The position numbers were made by a program, and so were the translations under genes. The notes beneath the pieces are model-generated. The model saw nothing but the letters and a program-made list of their open reading frames with translations, did not search any database and was not told the origin of the DNA. Below are positions 27,530 to 36,705 of a DNA stretch of 64,000 nucleotides, piece after piece; the stretch's first letter is position 1, and every line of letters starts with the position of its first letter. This DNA comes from Candidatus Latescibacterota bacterium (GTDB lineage Bacteria; Latescibacterota; UBA2968; UBA8231). The DNA lies in assembly GCA_965204725.1 (NCBI GenBank), contig OZ242005.1:3040001-3104000 (forward strand), given 5' to 3'.

Positions 27530-29662
27530 ATGCCCAATGCACGAACACCCATGAGGCGCGGTGCGTTGTTCCGCACTCGCCTGCTGCTGTCCGCAGGGCT
27601 TGTTGCCTTGGCGGCCTTGGTGCCCTGCTGCCAACCGGCCGCCCCGCCCGCTTCACCGCCCCCCCAATACACCGGCGATCTGCCGGTATTGCAGAAGCAC
27701 GGCAAGTTGCGGGTCATCGTTCCCGCAGCGTCGATTGCCCACATTCCCAAGGCGGCCGAACCGGTGACCATCGACTACGACCTCGCCGAGGGCTTGGCCG
27801 AGGCACTCAAGCTAGATCTGGTCTTGGTAAAGGCCGAAAGTTATGCCGAGATGGTCGAGAAACTCCTCGGCGGCGAAGGCGACGTCGTCGCGGCGAGCCT
27901 GACGATTACGCCAGCGCGGCAGGAGCAAGCGGCGTTTTCCGTGCCGTATCTCTATGTAGATGAATATCTGATTACCGCGGCCGGCGACAGCCTACCAGCG
28001 GCGATTGAGGATTTGGCCGGAATGACAATCGGCGTCCGGCGCTCCAGCTCGCACTACCAGACCCTGTTGGCTATTCAGCGCCAAGTGCCATCGTTGCGCC
28101 TACATGACGCACCGGAAAAGCTCGGCCTCGAACCCCTCGTCGAAGGGATCGTCCGCGGCGAATACACCGCAACGGTCGCCGACGGGCATGTGTGGCGGGC
28201 GGTGGCATGCTACTACGATAGCATGGTCACGCCCTTGGTGCTGGCCGAAAATCGCCCGATTGCCCTGATGATGCGGCCCGACGACGTGCAGCTCAAAACC
28301 CAGGTCGATGAATACCTACTCGCCCGGCATTTTACGCACCAGCCCCAACATGCCTTTACCGACGATTTGCCCGGCTTAAAAGAGCGGCGGCGGCTGCGCA
28401 TGATCACGCGCAACAACGCGATGACCTATTTCATCCATCGCGGCCGGCAGGTGGGCTTTGAATACGAGTTGATCAAGGAATTTGCCAACCGGCACGACCT
28501 GCGGCTCGATATCGTCATCCCGGAAAGCCACGCCGATCTGCTGGCGTATTTGAACGAAGGCAAGGGCGACGTGGTGGCCGCGGCCATGACCATCACAGAG
28601 GAGCGACGGGCGCAGGCGGCGTTTACCCGGCCTTATAACGAGGTAGAAGAGCTGGTGGTAGTGCGCGCAGCGGAGGATTCCGTGGCCAGCCTTGCGGATT
28701 TGGCCGGGCGCACGGTCCACGTGCGGCCCAGTTCTTCTTTTTACACGACCCTGATGGCCCTCGCCGATTCCATAACGGGTTTGCAGATCGCGCCCTTGCC
28801 CGACTCCCTCGAAACCGAGGACATCCTAGCCGGCGTTGAGGAAGGGCGATACGACATTACCCTATGCGACTCCAATTTGCTCGACGTGGAGCTCGCCTAC
28901 GGCCGTCAGCTCAAGGCGGCCTTTAGCATCAAGCCGACCTCTTTGGGATGGGCGGTGCGCGCGGACAATCCGGCCTTGCTGGCGGCGCTCAACCAGTACG
29001 TCCAAGCGGAAAAAGGGGGCTTGTTTTTTAACGTGATGAAGAAGCGGTACTTCAAAAACAAGCGCACCATCGCCCAAGCGAAGGATTCGCTGCGGGTCGA
29101 TTTGAGCGGCCGCCTGTCGCCTTATGACGAGTTGGTCAAAAAATACGCTCGCCAGTACGGCCAAGATTGGCGCTTGATTACCGCGCAGATGTACCAAGAA
29201 TCCAAATTCAATCCACAGGCCACGAGCTGGGTCGGCGCGCGCGGGCTGATGCAGATCATGCCGGGCACCGGGCGCGAGTTGGGATTTACCGATCTACACG
29301 ATCCCGAAGAGAATATCCACGCCGGGGTAAAATATATGGCTTGGCTGGTCGACCGCTTTGATCCGAAAATCCCCATAGATGAGCGGATGCGCTTTGCGTT
29401 GGCCGCCTACAATGTCGGGTACGGGCACGTGCTCGACGCCCGCCGCTTGGCCCGCGAAAATGGGTGGAATCCCGACCAGTGGTTTGGCCACGTGGAACAG
29501 GCGATGAAGCTGCTTGCCAAGCCGGCGTACTACAAACGGGCGCGCTACGGTTTCTGTCGCGGCGGCCAACCCGTGCATTACGTGAGCAATGTTCAGAGCT
29601 TCTACGACGCCTACGTCGGGGTGCTGACTATGGTCAGGGTCCCGGGCCGAGCGAGCCTCTGA
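27530..29662 (+). CDS. mltF: MltF-like lytic transglycosylase with two tandem substrate-binding (SBP_bac_3) domains
   Basis: Two 'GDVVAA(S/A)(L/M)TIT..R' SBP modules; SLT motifs QMYQES, GLMQIMP, AAYNVG. Start may be 27551. Confidence 0.85.
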   Translation: MPNARTPMRRGALFRTRLLLSAGLVALAALVPCCQPAAPPASPPPQYTGDLPVLQKHGKLRVIVPAASIAHIPKAAEPVTIDYDLAEGLAEALKLDLVLVKAESYAEMVEKLLGGEGDVVAASLTITPARQEQAAFSVPYLYVDEYLITAAGDSLPAAIEDLAGMTIGVRRSSSHYQTLLAIQRQVPSLRLHDAPEKLGLEPLVEGIVRGEYTATVADGHVWRAVACYYDSMVTPLVLAENRPIALMMRPDDVQLKTQVDEYLLARHFTHQPQHAFTDDLPGLKERRRLRMITRNNAMTYFIHRGRQVGFEYELIKEFANRHDLRLDIVIPESHADLLAYLNEGKGDVVAAAMTITEERRAQAAFTRPYNEVEELVVVRAAEDSVASLADLAGRTVHVRPSSSFYTTLMALADSITGLQIAPLPDSLETEDILAGVEEGRYDITLCDSNLLDVELAYGRQLKAAFSIKPTSLGWAVRADNPALLAALNQYVQAEKGGLFFNVMKKRYFKNKRTIAQAKDSLRVDLSGRLSPYDELVKKYARQYGQDWRLITAQMYQESKFNPQATSWVGARGLMQIMPGTGRELGFTDLHDPEENIHAGVKYMAWLVDRFDPKIPIDERMRFALAAYNVGYGHVLDARRLARENGWNPDQWFGHVEQAMKLLAKPAYYKRARYGFCRGGQPVHYVSNVQSFYDAYVGVLTMVRVPGRASL

Positions 29663-29695
29663 GCGAGCACACAGCTGAGGAGCATAGAAGGCGGG

Positions 29696-31759
29696 ATGGC
29701 CGAGCCTAAGCTGCGATTCCCGGCGCGGAAGTTGGCGGTGCTCAGGCCGGGTTATTTGGCGTTGCTGTTTGTGGTGCTGGCCTTGGTGTTGGGGGCGTTC
29801 GCGCTCTACGGCCTGCGGCAGTCGCAGCAATCGACCTTAGCGGTGCTAGAGCGCGGGGCGCGGTCGCTGGCCGAAGCGGTTTCTCGCGCTGAGGAAAACG
29901 TCCTCCGCGCCGAAGGCGACATGGAAGAGTTGGTTGAGGAGCGGCTGCTGGACAACGCCCGGCTGTTGGCCGAGTTGGGACCGGCGCCGGCGTTTTCCGA
30001 CACCTTGTTGGAGCGGCTCGCGGCCGACAACGCCCTCGACCAAGTCGATGTGTTCGACGCGGCCGGCCGGTTGGTCGCGTCGAGTGGCGTCGTTGATGCG
30101 GCCGCGCTGGCGGAATGGCGGCGCGCGCTCGCGCCGCTGCTGGCCGGCGCGGACGAGGCCCTGCTATTTGAGCTAGACGACCAGCTTTTTGCCGTGGCCG
30201 TGGCCGTGCGGGGCGGGGGTGCGGTGATCGTGCGGGCGGCGGCCGAGCGGATTCGCTCGGGGGCTGGTCGGCTGATTCAAGAGATCGGCGCCAACCCAGA
30301 CATTGTGTACATGGCGTTGCAAGACCGGCTGGGCCTGTTGGCCGCCTCGCACGATTTGGTCTTGCTCGAAAGCATTACCGGCGACGCATTTCTCGAGACC
30401 GCTCTAACGCGCAATGCGGTCGCCTCGCGCCTCGTCGAGTTTGAGGGCGAGGAGATCTTTGAGGTCGTCATTCCCTTCGCGCCCCAAGGGACGACGCTGG
30501 GGCTTTTGCGGATTGGCCTCTCGCTCGACGAGCTGCGGGCCCAGAAGCAGCGCGGTCGGCTGCAAGTGGCGTTGCTGGTGCTCCTGCTCCTGATATTGGG
30601 GGCCGTGGGCACCGGGGCGGTAATCGTGCGGCAAAACTTGGCCCTGCTCAGCGATGCGTACGCGAATATACAGACTTATAGCAGCCGCATCTTGGCGCAG
30701 ATGACGGACGCGGTGGTCGCCACAGATCCGGCTGGGGCCATTGAGGTCTTTAACCAAGCGGCCGAGGCCCTGTTCGGGGTTGAGGGCGCGCAGGTGCGGG
30801 GGCAGAACCTGCGAGAGGTATGGCCGCACGAGGCCGTGGACCGGGCCTTGGCCGGCGAAGAACTGGTGGGCTTGGCCTGTCGCTCGGCCGATGCTCGGGG
30901 CCGCGAGCGGGCCTTGTCGCTGTCGAGCGCACAGGTGTACAAGGCCAGCGGCGAGGTGGAGACCATCGTCTTGGTGATTCAAGATCTAAGCGAGAAGGTG
31001 GCCATGGAGGCCGATCTGCAGCGGCGCGACCGCTTGGCCTCTATGGGGGCACTGGCCTCGGGCGTGGCCCACGAAGTACGCAACCCCCTCAACGCCATCA
31101 GCGTAATCGTGCAGCGGCTGCGGCGCGAGTTCACGCCGCGCACCGACGAGGGCGAATACCGCCAGCTAACCCAAGTCGTCGCTGGCGAGGTCGAGCGGGT
31201 CAATCGCATCATCGAGCAGTTCCTAGCACTGACGCGCCCGCCCGCGCTTGCAAAGACGCGCGTCGATCTAGCGTCAATTTTGGCGCGAGCGGCCGAGACG
31301 GTTGAGCCGCAAATCCTCGCGGCCGGGCTGCGGCTGGAGCGGGATTTTGCCGGCGTGGGCGCGATCCAAGCCGATGCGGATCAGTTGCACCAAGCGTTGC
31401 TCAACTTGCTGGTCAACGCGCTGGAGGCCACGGACGAGGGGCACATCCGGCTAGCGGCTCAGTCGCGGCCGGCCGACTGGGTAGAGATCGAGGTGGCCGA
31501 TACCGGCTCGGGCATCCCGGCCGCCGATGCCGAGCGAATTTTCGACCTATATTTTACGACAAAGGCCGCCGGCACCGGGCTGGGTTTGAGCTTGGTTCAC
31601 CGCATCGTCTCAGAGCACGGGGGGCGCGTTGAAGTACAAAGCACCCCCGGCGCGGGGACGCGATTTGTCGTTCTATTGCCGAGGGGATTGGCCGAGGCTG
31701 GCGCGGCGGTTGAGGCCGGGCGAATGGCGGGTATATTACGGGGCGAACAAAATCAATAG
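29696..31759 (+). CDS. Membrane sensor histidine kinase with PAS domain (ZraS/AtoS-like)
   Basis: Two TM segments, PAS, H-box AHEVRNPLN, N-box NLLVNA, G1 DTGSGI, F-box FDLYFTTK, G2 GTGLGL. Confidence 0.93.
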   Translation: MAEPKLRFPARKLAVLRPGYLALLFVVLALVLGAFALYGLRQSQQSTLAVLERGARSLAEAVSRAEENVLRAEGDMEELVEERLLDNARLLAELGPAPAFSDTLLERLAADNALDQVDVFDAAGRLVASSGVVDAAALAEWRRALAPLLAGADEALLFELDDQLFAVAVAVRGGGAVIVRAAAERIRSGAGRLIQEIGANPDIVYMALQDRLGLLAASHDLVLLESITGDAFLETALTRNAVASRLVEFEGEEIFEVVIPFAPQGTTLGLLRIGLSLDELRAQKQRGRLQVALLVLLLLILGAVGTGAVIVRQNLALLSDAYANIQTYSSRILAQMTDAVVATDPAGAIEVFNQAAEALFGVEGAQVRGQNLREVWPHEAVDRALAGEELVGLACRSADARGRERALSLSSAQVYKASGEVETIVLVIQDLSEKVAMEADLQRRDRLASMGALASGVAHEVRNPLNAISVIVQRLRREFTPRTDEGEYRQLTQVVAGEVERVNRIIEQFLALTRPPALAKTRVDLASILARAAETVEPQILAAGLRLERDFAGVGAIQADADQLHQALLNLLVNALEATDEGHIRLAAQSRPADWVEIEVADTGSGIPAADAERIFDLYFTTKAAGTGLGLSLVHRIVSEHGGRVEVQSTPGAGTRFVVLLPRGLAEAGAAVEAGRMAGILRGEQNQ

Positions 31760-33443
31760 GCGATGGCAAGGGCTGCATGATCCGGCGCGTTACTATTAGG
31801 AAATTCAAGCGTTTTCGCGCACAGACGTGCGAGTTGGCCGAGTCCGTGGTGCTCGCCGGTCCCAACAATGCCGGAAAATCTACGCTGCTACAGGCGATTG
31901 CGACGTGGAAGCTCGGGCTCGACCGCTGGTTAGTTCAGCGCGAAGGAGGCCGAGCGGTCCGGCGGTCCGGCGTGGCGATAACCCGCGCCGATTTTACAGC
32001 CGTGCCGTTGCGCGAGATGAATCTATTGTGGGAGGGGCGGAAGGTCACCGGCCCGCGCGGTATGTCGGGGACGCGGCGGCTGATCGAGATCGTCGTGGAG
32101 GGCGGAACAGGCGAGGAGGAGTGGACGTGTGGGATCGAATTCCAGTACTCCAATCCCGAAGTGGTCCATGTGCGTCCGCTGCGGGCCAAAGATCTCGACC
32201 CGGCGGACATCCGGGCGTTCCCCCCTCCGGCGGCCCGGGCCCTCGACATCGTCCACGTCCCGCCGCTCGCCGGTATTGAGCGCGACGAGCCGCGGCGCGA
32301 CCGGGGGATGCAAGATCTGCTCGTGGGTCAGGGGCGTCCGGGCGAGATTTTGCGGAACCTGTTGTGGGAAATTTCCGAGAACAGCAAAGAGGACTGGCGG
32401 CAGCTCGCCGAACATATCCGCATACTCTTTCAAATCGAAGTGCTCGCGCCGTCGTATGCCCCGGCCCAACCGTACATCGTCTGCGAATACCGCGAGCCGG
32501 GCCGCGATAGGCCCCTCGATTTGTCCAACGCCGGTAGCGGTACGCTCCAAGTGCTCCTGTTGCTGGCCTTCCTCTACGCCCGCCCGGCGGCCGTAATTTT
32601 GCTCGACGAGCCGGACGCCCATCAGCACGTCATCTTGCAAAGGCAGGTGTACGACCTGATTCGCAAGGTGGCCCGCCAACGCGGCGGCCAAGTGCTCATC
32701 GCCACGCATTCCGAGGTCGTCCTCGACGCGACTGAGCCGACGCGGGTGCTCGGATTTTTTGGTGAATCGCCCCGTCCACTCGTCGATGAAGACCAGCGCA
32801 ACCAACTCCGCGAAGCCCTCAAGCGCCTGACCACCACGGATCTCCTATTGGGCCGCGAAGTCGGCGCGGTGCTTTATGTCGAGAGCGAGACCGACGAGCG
32901 GATTTTGGGCGAGTGGGCGCGCATGCTCGATCATCCGGCGCAGGGCTTTTTGAAGCGGCCGTTTGTGCGCTCGCTCGGCGGTCGCAGTCTGCGCGAAGCC
33001 CGGGCGCACTTCTTCGCCATGCAGGCCGCCTTTCCCGGGCTGCCGGGCCTGTGCCTGCTCGATGGCGACAACCGCGACGAGCCGGACGCGGAGCTGACCC
33101 GTACCGGCTTGGTCGTCTTGCGCTGGCGTCGCTACGAGATTGAGAACTACCTGTTGCAGCCCGAGGCGATCAAGCGGTTCGCCAACTTCCCCTTGGCAGA
33201 AGAGGCGTTTTGGCGCCAGGTCCCGCGCGGGACGGACCTATTTGGGGATCACGTCTCGCTGGTGCGCGTCAAGGCAAGCGACGAATTCCTCGTGCCACTG
33301 CTGGCCGAGATGGGCCGGCCCACACCCAAGCGAGACTTGTATCTGCTGGCCGCCCAGATGCGGCCCGACGAAATCCACCCCGAAGTAGTGGAAAAGCTAG
33401 ATAGGGTGGCAGCACTCGGCGCGGAGTAGCAGGCAACGCGATT
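31690..33443. mobile_element. Inserted single-gene cassette flanked by 9-bp direct repeat GAGGGGATT
   Basis: GAGGGGATT at 31681-31689 and 33444-33452; removal restores an overlapping HK-RR junction; no transposase or terminal inverted repeats seen. Confidence 0.65.
31777..33429 (+). CDS. OLD-like ABC-family ATPase with C-terminal TOPRIM-like nuclease domain (candidate defence protein)
   Basis: Walker A GPNNAGKS, signature LSNAGSG, Walker B LLDEPDAH, ATHS; TOPRIM-like LYVESETD, LLDGD, YEIENYL. Confidence 0.82.
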   Translation: MIRRVTIRKFKRFRAQTCELAESVVLAGPNNAGKSTLLQAIATWKLGLDRWLVQREGGRAVRRSGVAITRADFTAVPLREMNLLWEGRKVTGPRGMSGTRRLIEIVVEGGTGEEEWTCGIEFQYSNPEVVHVRPLRAKDLDPADIRAFPPPAARALDIVHVPPLAGIERDEPRRDRGMQDLLVGQGRPGEILRNLLWEISENSKEDWRQLAEHIRILFQIEVLAPSYAPAQPYIVCEYREPGRDRPLDLSNAGSGTLQVLLLLAFLYARPAAVILLDEPDAHQHVILQRQVYDLIRKVARQRGGQVLIATHSEVVLDATEPTRVLGFFGESPRPLVDEDQRNQLREALKRLTTTDLLLGREVGAVLYVESETDERILGEWARMLDHPAQGFLKRPFVRSLGGRSLREARAHFFAMQAAFPGLPGLCLLDGDNRDEPDAELTRTGLVVLRWRRYEIENYLLQPEAIKRFANFPLAEEAFWRQVPRGTDLFGDHVSLVRVKASDEFLVPLLAEMGRPTPKRDLYLLAAQMRPDEIHPEVVEKLDRVAALGAE

Positions 33444-33457
33444 GAGGGGATTTTGCA

Positions 33458-34804
33458 ATGGCTGGCGAGACCATTCTGATCATTGACGACGAGGCCGCGC
33501 AGCGCGAGGCCGTGGGCGGCTACCTGCGCAAACGGGGGTTTGCGGTCTTACAGGCCGCGAACGGGCGCGAGGGCTTGGCCCTATTGCAGGACCGGGTGAT
33601 TGACTTGATCATCACGGATTTGCGGATGCCAGAACTGGACGGGATGGGCGTACTCGCCGCGGCCCGTGCGATCAACCCCGCGATTGGGGTCGTCATGGCG
33701 ACGGCTTTTGGCACGGTGGATGGCGCGGTTGACGCCATGCAGGAAGGGGCCTTCTACTACCTGCAAAAGCCGATTGATCTCGACGTACTCGACCGGCTCG
33801 TCGATCGCGCCTTGGAGCAGCGGCACCGCATCTCGGAAAACGAACTCCTCCGCGAGCAGATCGGGGAGCGGGTGCCCTTTGGCGGTATCATGGGCTGCTC
33901 GCCAGCCATTGAAGAGGCCCTCAACGTGGTGGCGCGGGCCGCGCCGAGCCGGGCTACTGTGCTGTTGCACGGCGAGTCGGGCACCGGCAAGGAGCTGATG
34001 GCGCGCGCCGTACACGAGGCCAGCCCCCGAGCCGGCCGCCCCTTTGTGGCCGTCAACTGCGCCGCCCTCAACAAGGGCTTGATCGAAAGCGAGTTGTTCG
34101 GGCACGAGAAGGGGGCCTTTACCGGGGCGGATGCCCGGCGCACGGGCCGCTTTGAGCAGGCCGATGGCGGCACCTTGTTCCTCGACGAATTGGCCGAAAT
34201 CCCCCTCGATGTACAGGTCAAACTTTTGCGCGTCTTGCAGGAGCGCACAATCGAGCGGGTCGGCAGCGGCGTTGCGATCGCGGTGGATGTGCGGCTGATC
34301 GGGGCGACGAATCGAGACTTGGCGACGCTAGTCGCGCACGGGGCATTCCGCGAGGATTTGTTTTACCGGCTCAACGTCGTGGCGGTGGACCTGCCGCCGC
34401 TGCGGCAGCGCAAAGGCGACATTCCCCTGCTCGTCAACCACTTTCTCGCCCGCTATGCCGCAGAAAACGATAAGGCCGTCGGCGAGATCTCCAAAGAGGC
34501 GTTGGAACTGCTGACGCGCTATGCCTACCCCGGCAATGTGCGCGAGCTGCAAAACATCGTCGAGCGTGCGGTGGTCATGGCCCGGGGCGCGGTGGTGACG
34601 TGCGCGGACTTGCCCGCTGAAGTGCAAGAAGCCGCGCCGGCGCCCGTTGCGGACACCTTGCCCGCGCAAGTGGAGGAATTGGAAAAGAAGGCCATTGCCC
34701 AAGCCTTGGAGCGGGCTGGCGGCGTCCAGAGCCGAGCGGCCGAGTTGCTGGGGCTGACCGAGCGCAACCTGCGCTACAAGCTCAAGAAGTACGGGCTGAA
34801 ATAG
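33458..34804 (+). CDS. Sigma54-dependent response regulator (NtrC/ZraR/AtoC family)
   Basis: Receiver IDDE...TDLRMP; GESGTGKE, GAFTGA, FLDE, YPGNVREL; Fis-type HTH. Confidence 0.95.
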   Translation: MAGETILIIDDEAAQREAVGGYLRKRGFAVLQAANGREGLALLQDRVIDLIITDLRMPELDGMGVLAAARAINPAIGVVMATAFGTVDGAVDAMQEGAFYYLQKPIDLDVLDRLVDRALEQRHRISENELLREQIGERVPFGGIMGCSPAIEEALNVVARAAPSRATVLLHGESGTGKELMARAVHEASPRAGRPFVAVNCAALNKGLIESELFGHEKGAFTGADARRTGRFEQADGGTLFLDELAEIPLDVQVKLLRVLQERTIERVGSGVAIAVDVRLIGATNRDLATLVAHGAFREDLFYRLNVVAVDLPPLRQRKGDIPLLVNHFLARYAAENDKAVGEISKEALELLTRYAYPGNVRELQNIVERAVVMARGAVVTCADLPAEVQEAAPAPVADTLPAQVEELEKKAIAQALERAGGVQSRAAELLGLTERNLRYKLKKYGLK

Positions 34805-34805
34805 C

Positions 34806-35945
34806 TCAAAAGCCGAACTGGATGCCCGCAGAGTACGCATGGGCGTCTGCGCTGTAGAACGCATCGTTGGACGCCACGGTGCGGTAGAGCCACTCCAATT
34901 CGAGGGCCATGGCGCGGAACGGGGTGCGGTCTAGGTACAAGGTGCGCCCGAGCCCCAAGCGCGCGGTGTGGCGCGTTTCCGCCGTGGATTTCCCCGTGAC
35001 AACGCCGGCGAGGTCGTAGGCTGGCCGCTGGTGGTAGAGGCGGCTTTCTCGCTGGACGGAGGCGGCGAGCTCGCAGTTTAAGGGCACCAAGTACTTCAGG
35101 GTCGCACTCCACTGATCCCCCCCATAGCTGTAGCGGTCTTCAAAGAGTTCGTCTGGGTCGTACCAGTGGGTCTTGAATGGGGCCTTAGCCTCGTAGAGTT
35201 CCCATTGGGCCTTAGCAAAGAGTTCGTCTGGGTCGTACCAGAATCTATCGGCCTTGCGGCTCTGGCCGGCGAGGATGCCTTGGTGATGCCACGCTAGCTG
35301 CAACCCGAGGTTGGGGCCGAGGGATTGGGCGGCCTTGAGGCGGGTGCCCCATAAGAGCGGGTTGCGGCTGAGCTGAGCGAGTTCCTGCCGATAGGACTTA
35401 AGGCCCAATTCGCCGTTTAACTGCAAGGTGGTGCGGCTGGGCAGGTAGTGGCTTAGCTGCGCGTCGAGGCGCTGTTCGAGGTAGTTGTAAGCGGCGGCGT
35501 TGAGAAAGTTTTGGTAGCTGAGTGTGTAGTCGAAGCGGCAGATCAGCTCCGAGTGTAGATACGGCTCCAAGCTGGCGAAGGCTCGGCCGGCGGCAAAGTC
35601 GCGGTAGTCGTAGAGCGGGCGGTCCAAGCGCAGGCTCAGGGCCGCGCCGGCAAAGAACAGCCCGGCCGCGCCCAAGGAGTGGGCATAGCTCGCGCCCAAG
35701 CGGTGGACGTGATTGAAAAGGTCGGCGTTTTCCCTGAATACGTTGGCGTTGCCCGAGTAGTACCAGCTCAAGTCCTCGCCGAGCTGGTAGTCGAAGTCGA
35801 TATAGGCCGACTGGATCAGGTCGCTGCGCGGGCGGGCGGTGAGAAAAACGTTGTCCGTATAGGTAGTGTACAGGTCGGCGTTGAGTTCGACTTGGGCCTC
35901 GGCGGCCGAAATCAGCGCGATTAGACAGACGAGTAGATGTCTCAT
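34806..35945 (-). CDS. Putative outer-membrane beta-barrel protein
   Basis: Signal peptide AEA-Q; 'YTDNVF', alternating aromatic strands, C-terminal AGIQFGF; overlaps the upstream gene stop. Confidence 0.75.
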   Translation of the reverse strand: MRHLLVCLIALISAAEAQVELNADLYTTYTDNVFLTARPRSDLIQSAYIDFDYQLGEDLSWYYSGNANVFRENADLFNHVHRLGASYAHSLGAAGLFFAGAALSLRLDRPLYDYRDFAAGRAFASLEPYLHSELICRFDYTLSYQNFLNAAAYNYLEQRLDAQLSHYLPSRTTLQLNGELGLKSYRQELAQLSRNPLLWGTRLKAAQSLGPNLGLQLAWHHQGILAGQSRKADRFWYDPDELFAKAQWELYEAKAPFKTHWYDPDELFEDRYSYGGDQWSATLKYLVPLNCELAASVQRESRLYHQRPAYDLAGVVTGKSTAETRHTARLGLGRTLYLDRTPFRAMALELEWLYRTVASNDAFYSADAHAYSAGIQFGF

Positions 35946-36634
35946 TTGCCCTCCTTCTTCTTGTGCTTCTTGGGATCGTCTTTTTTGAGATGCAGGGGTA
36001 CGCGGCGTTTGAGGCGTTTGGGGGCGAGGTCGCGGACGCGCTCGTCTGGGTGCCGCAAGAGGCGGCGCAACAGGCGGGCGTCGTCAATGCCGTCGCCGTC
36101 CTCGTCCAAGAAGAAATCCATCCGCCGTTTTAGCGCGTGTAGCCGCTGGTGCAGCCGCTTGAGCGGGTCGTGCATGCCGTCGCCATCGGCGTCGCGGAAT
36201 TGCTTGACTTGGTGCCGGCGCTCTTCAAAGACGCGGCCAAAGCGATAGCCCAACAGCCCGTGCGGGCCGTACTCTGCGCCGGTTATATCGTTTGTGCGGT
36301 CACCATTGAAATCGACGACGTTGTCGATGAAGCCGTCGTCGTCTGCGTCGCGGAAGCGCCCGTCGAGGTCGTTTACGCCGTCTCCGTCTGCGTCGCGGAA
36401 GCGGTCGTTTACGCCGTCGTCGTCTGCGTCTAAAAAGGGGAAGTGGTGGGGATAGGGCTGGCCGTTGAGGTCGTTTACGCCGTCTCCGTCTGCGTCGCGG
36501 AAGCGGTCGTTTACGCCGTCGCGGTCGGCATCGACATAGCCGACAACGGGCGCGGGAGACGCGCCTTCCGGCCCGGATTGGGCGCGTGCGGAACAGGCTA
36601 GCAGGGCACTGGCCACGATGGCGATGACGACCAT
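35942..36634 (-). CDS. Secreted protein with eight DxDxDG-type calcium-binding repeats and basic C-terminus
   Basis: Signal peptide ARA-Q; DADRDGVND, DADGDGVND x2, DADDDGVND, DADDDGFID, DFNGDRTND, DADGDGMHD, DEDGDGIDD. Confidence 0.8.
   Translation of the reverse strand: MVVIAIVASALLACSARAQSGPEGASPAPVVGYVDADRDGVNDRFRDADGDGVNDLNGQPYPHHFPFLDADDDGVNDRFRDADGDGVNDLDGRFRDADDDGFIDNVVDFNGDRTNDITGAEYGPHGLLGYRFGRVFEERRHQVKQFRDADGDGMHDPLKRLHQRLHALKRRMDFFLDEDGDGIDDARLLRRLLRHPDERVRDLAPKRLKRRVPLHLKKDDPKKHKKKEGK
36345..36540. repeat. Intragenic repeats encoding RFRDADxDGVND units
   Basis: Near-identical GTCGTTTACGCCGTC...GTCTGCGTCGCGGAAGCG blocks recur several times. Confidence 0.85.
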
Positions 36635-36705
36635 GGTTTCCTCGATATGCTCGCAAGCAACAGCCAACGCCCGGAAGCGCCCGAGCGCTGGCTATTGCTT
36701 TGTCG

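Noticed and set aside
36345-36540. Repeats with roughly 36-bp periodicity resembling a CRISPR array
   Set aside because: They are in frame and encode DxDxDG motifs; no unique spacers, leader or cas genes.
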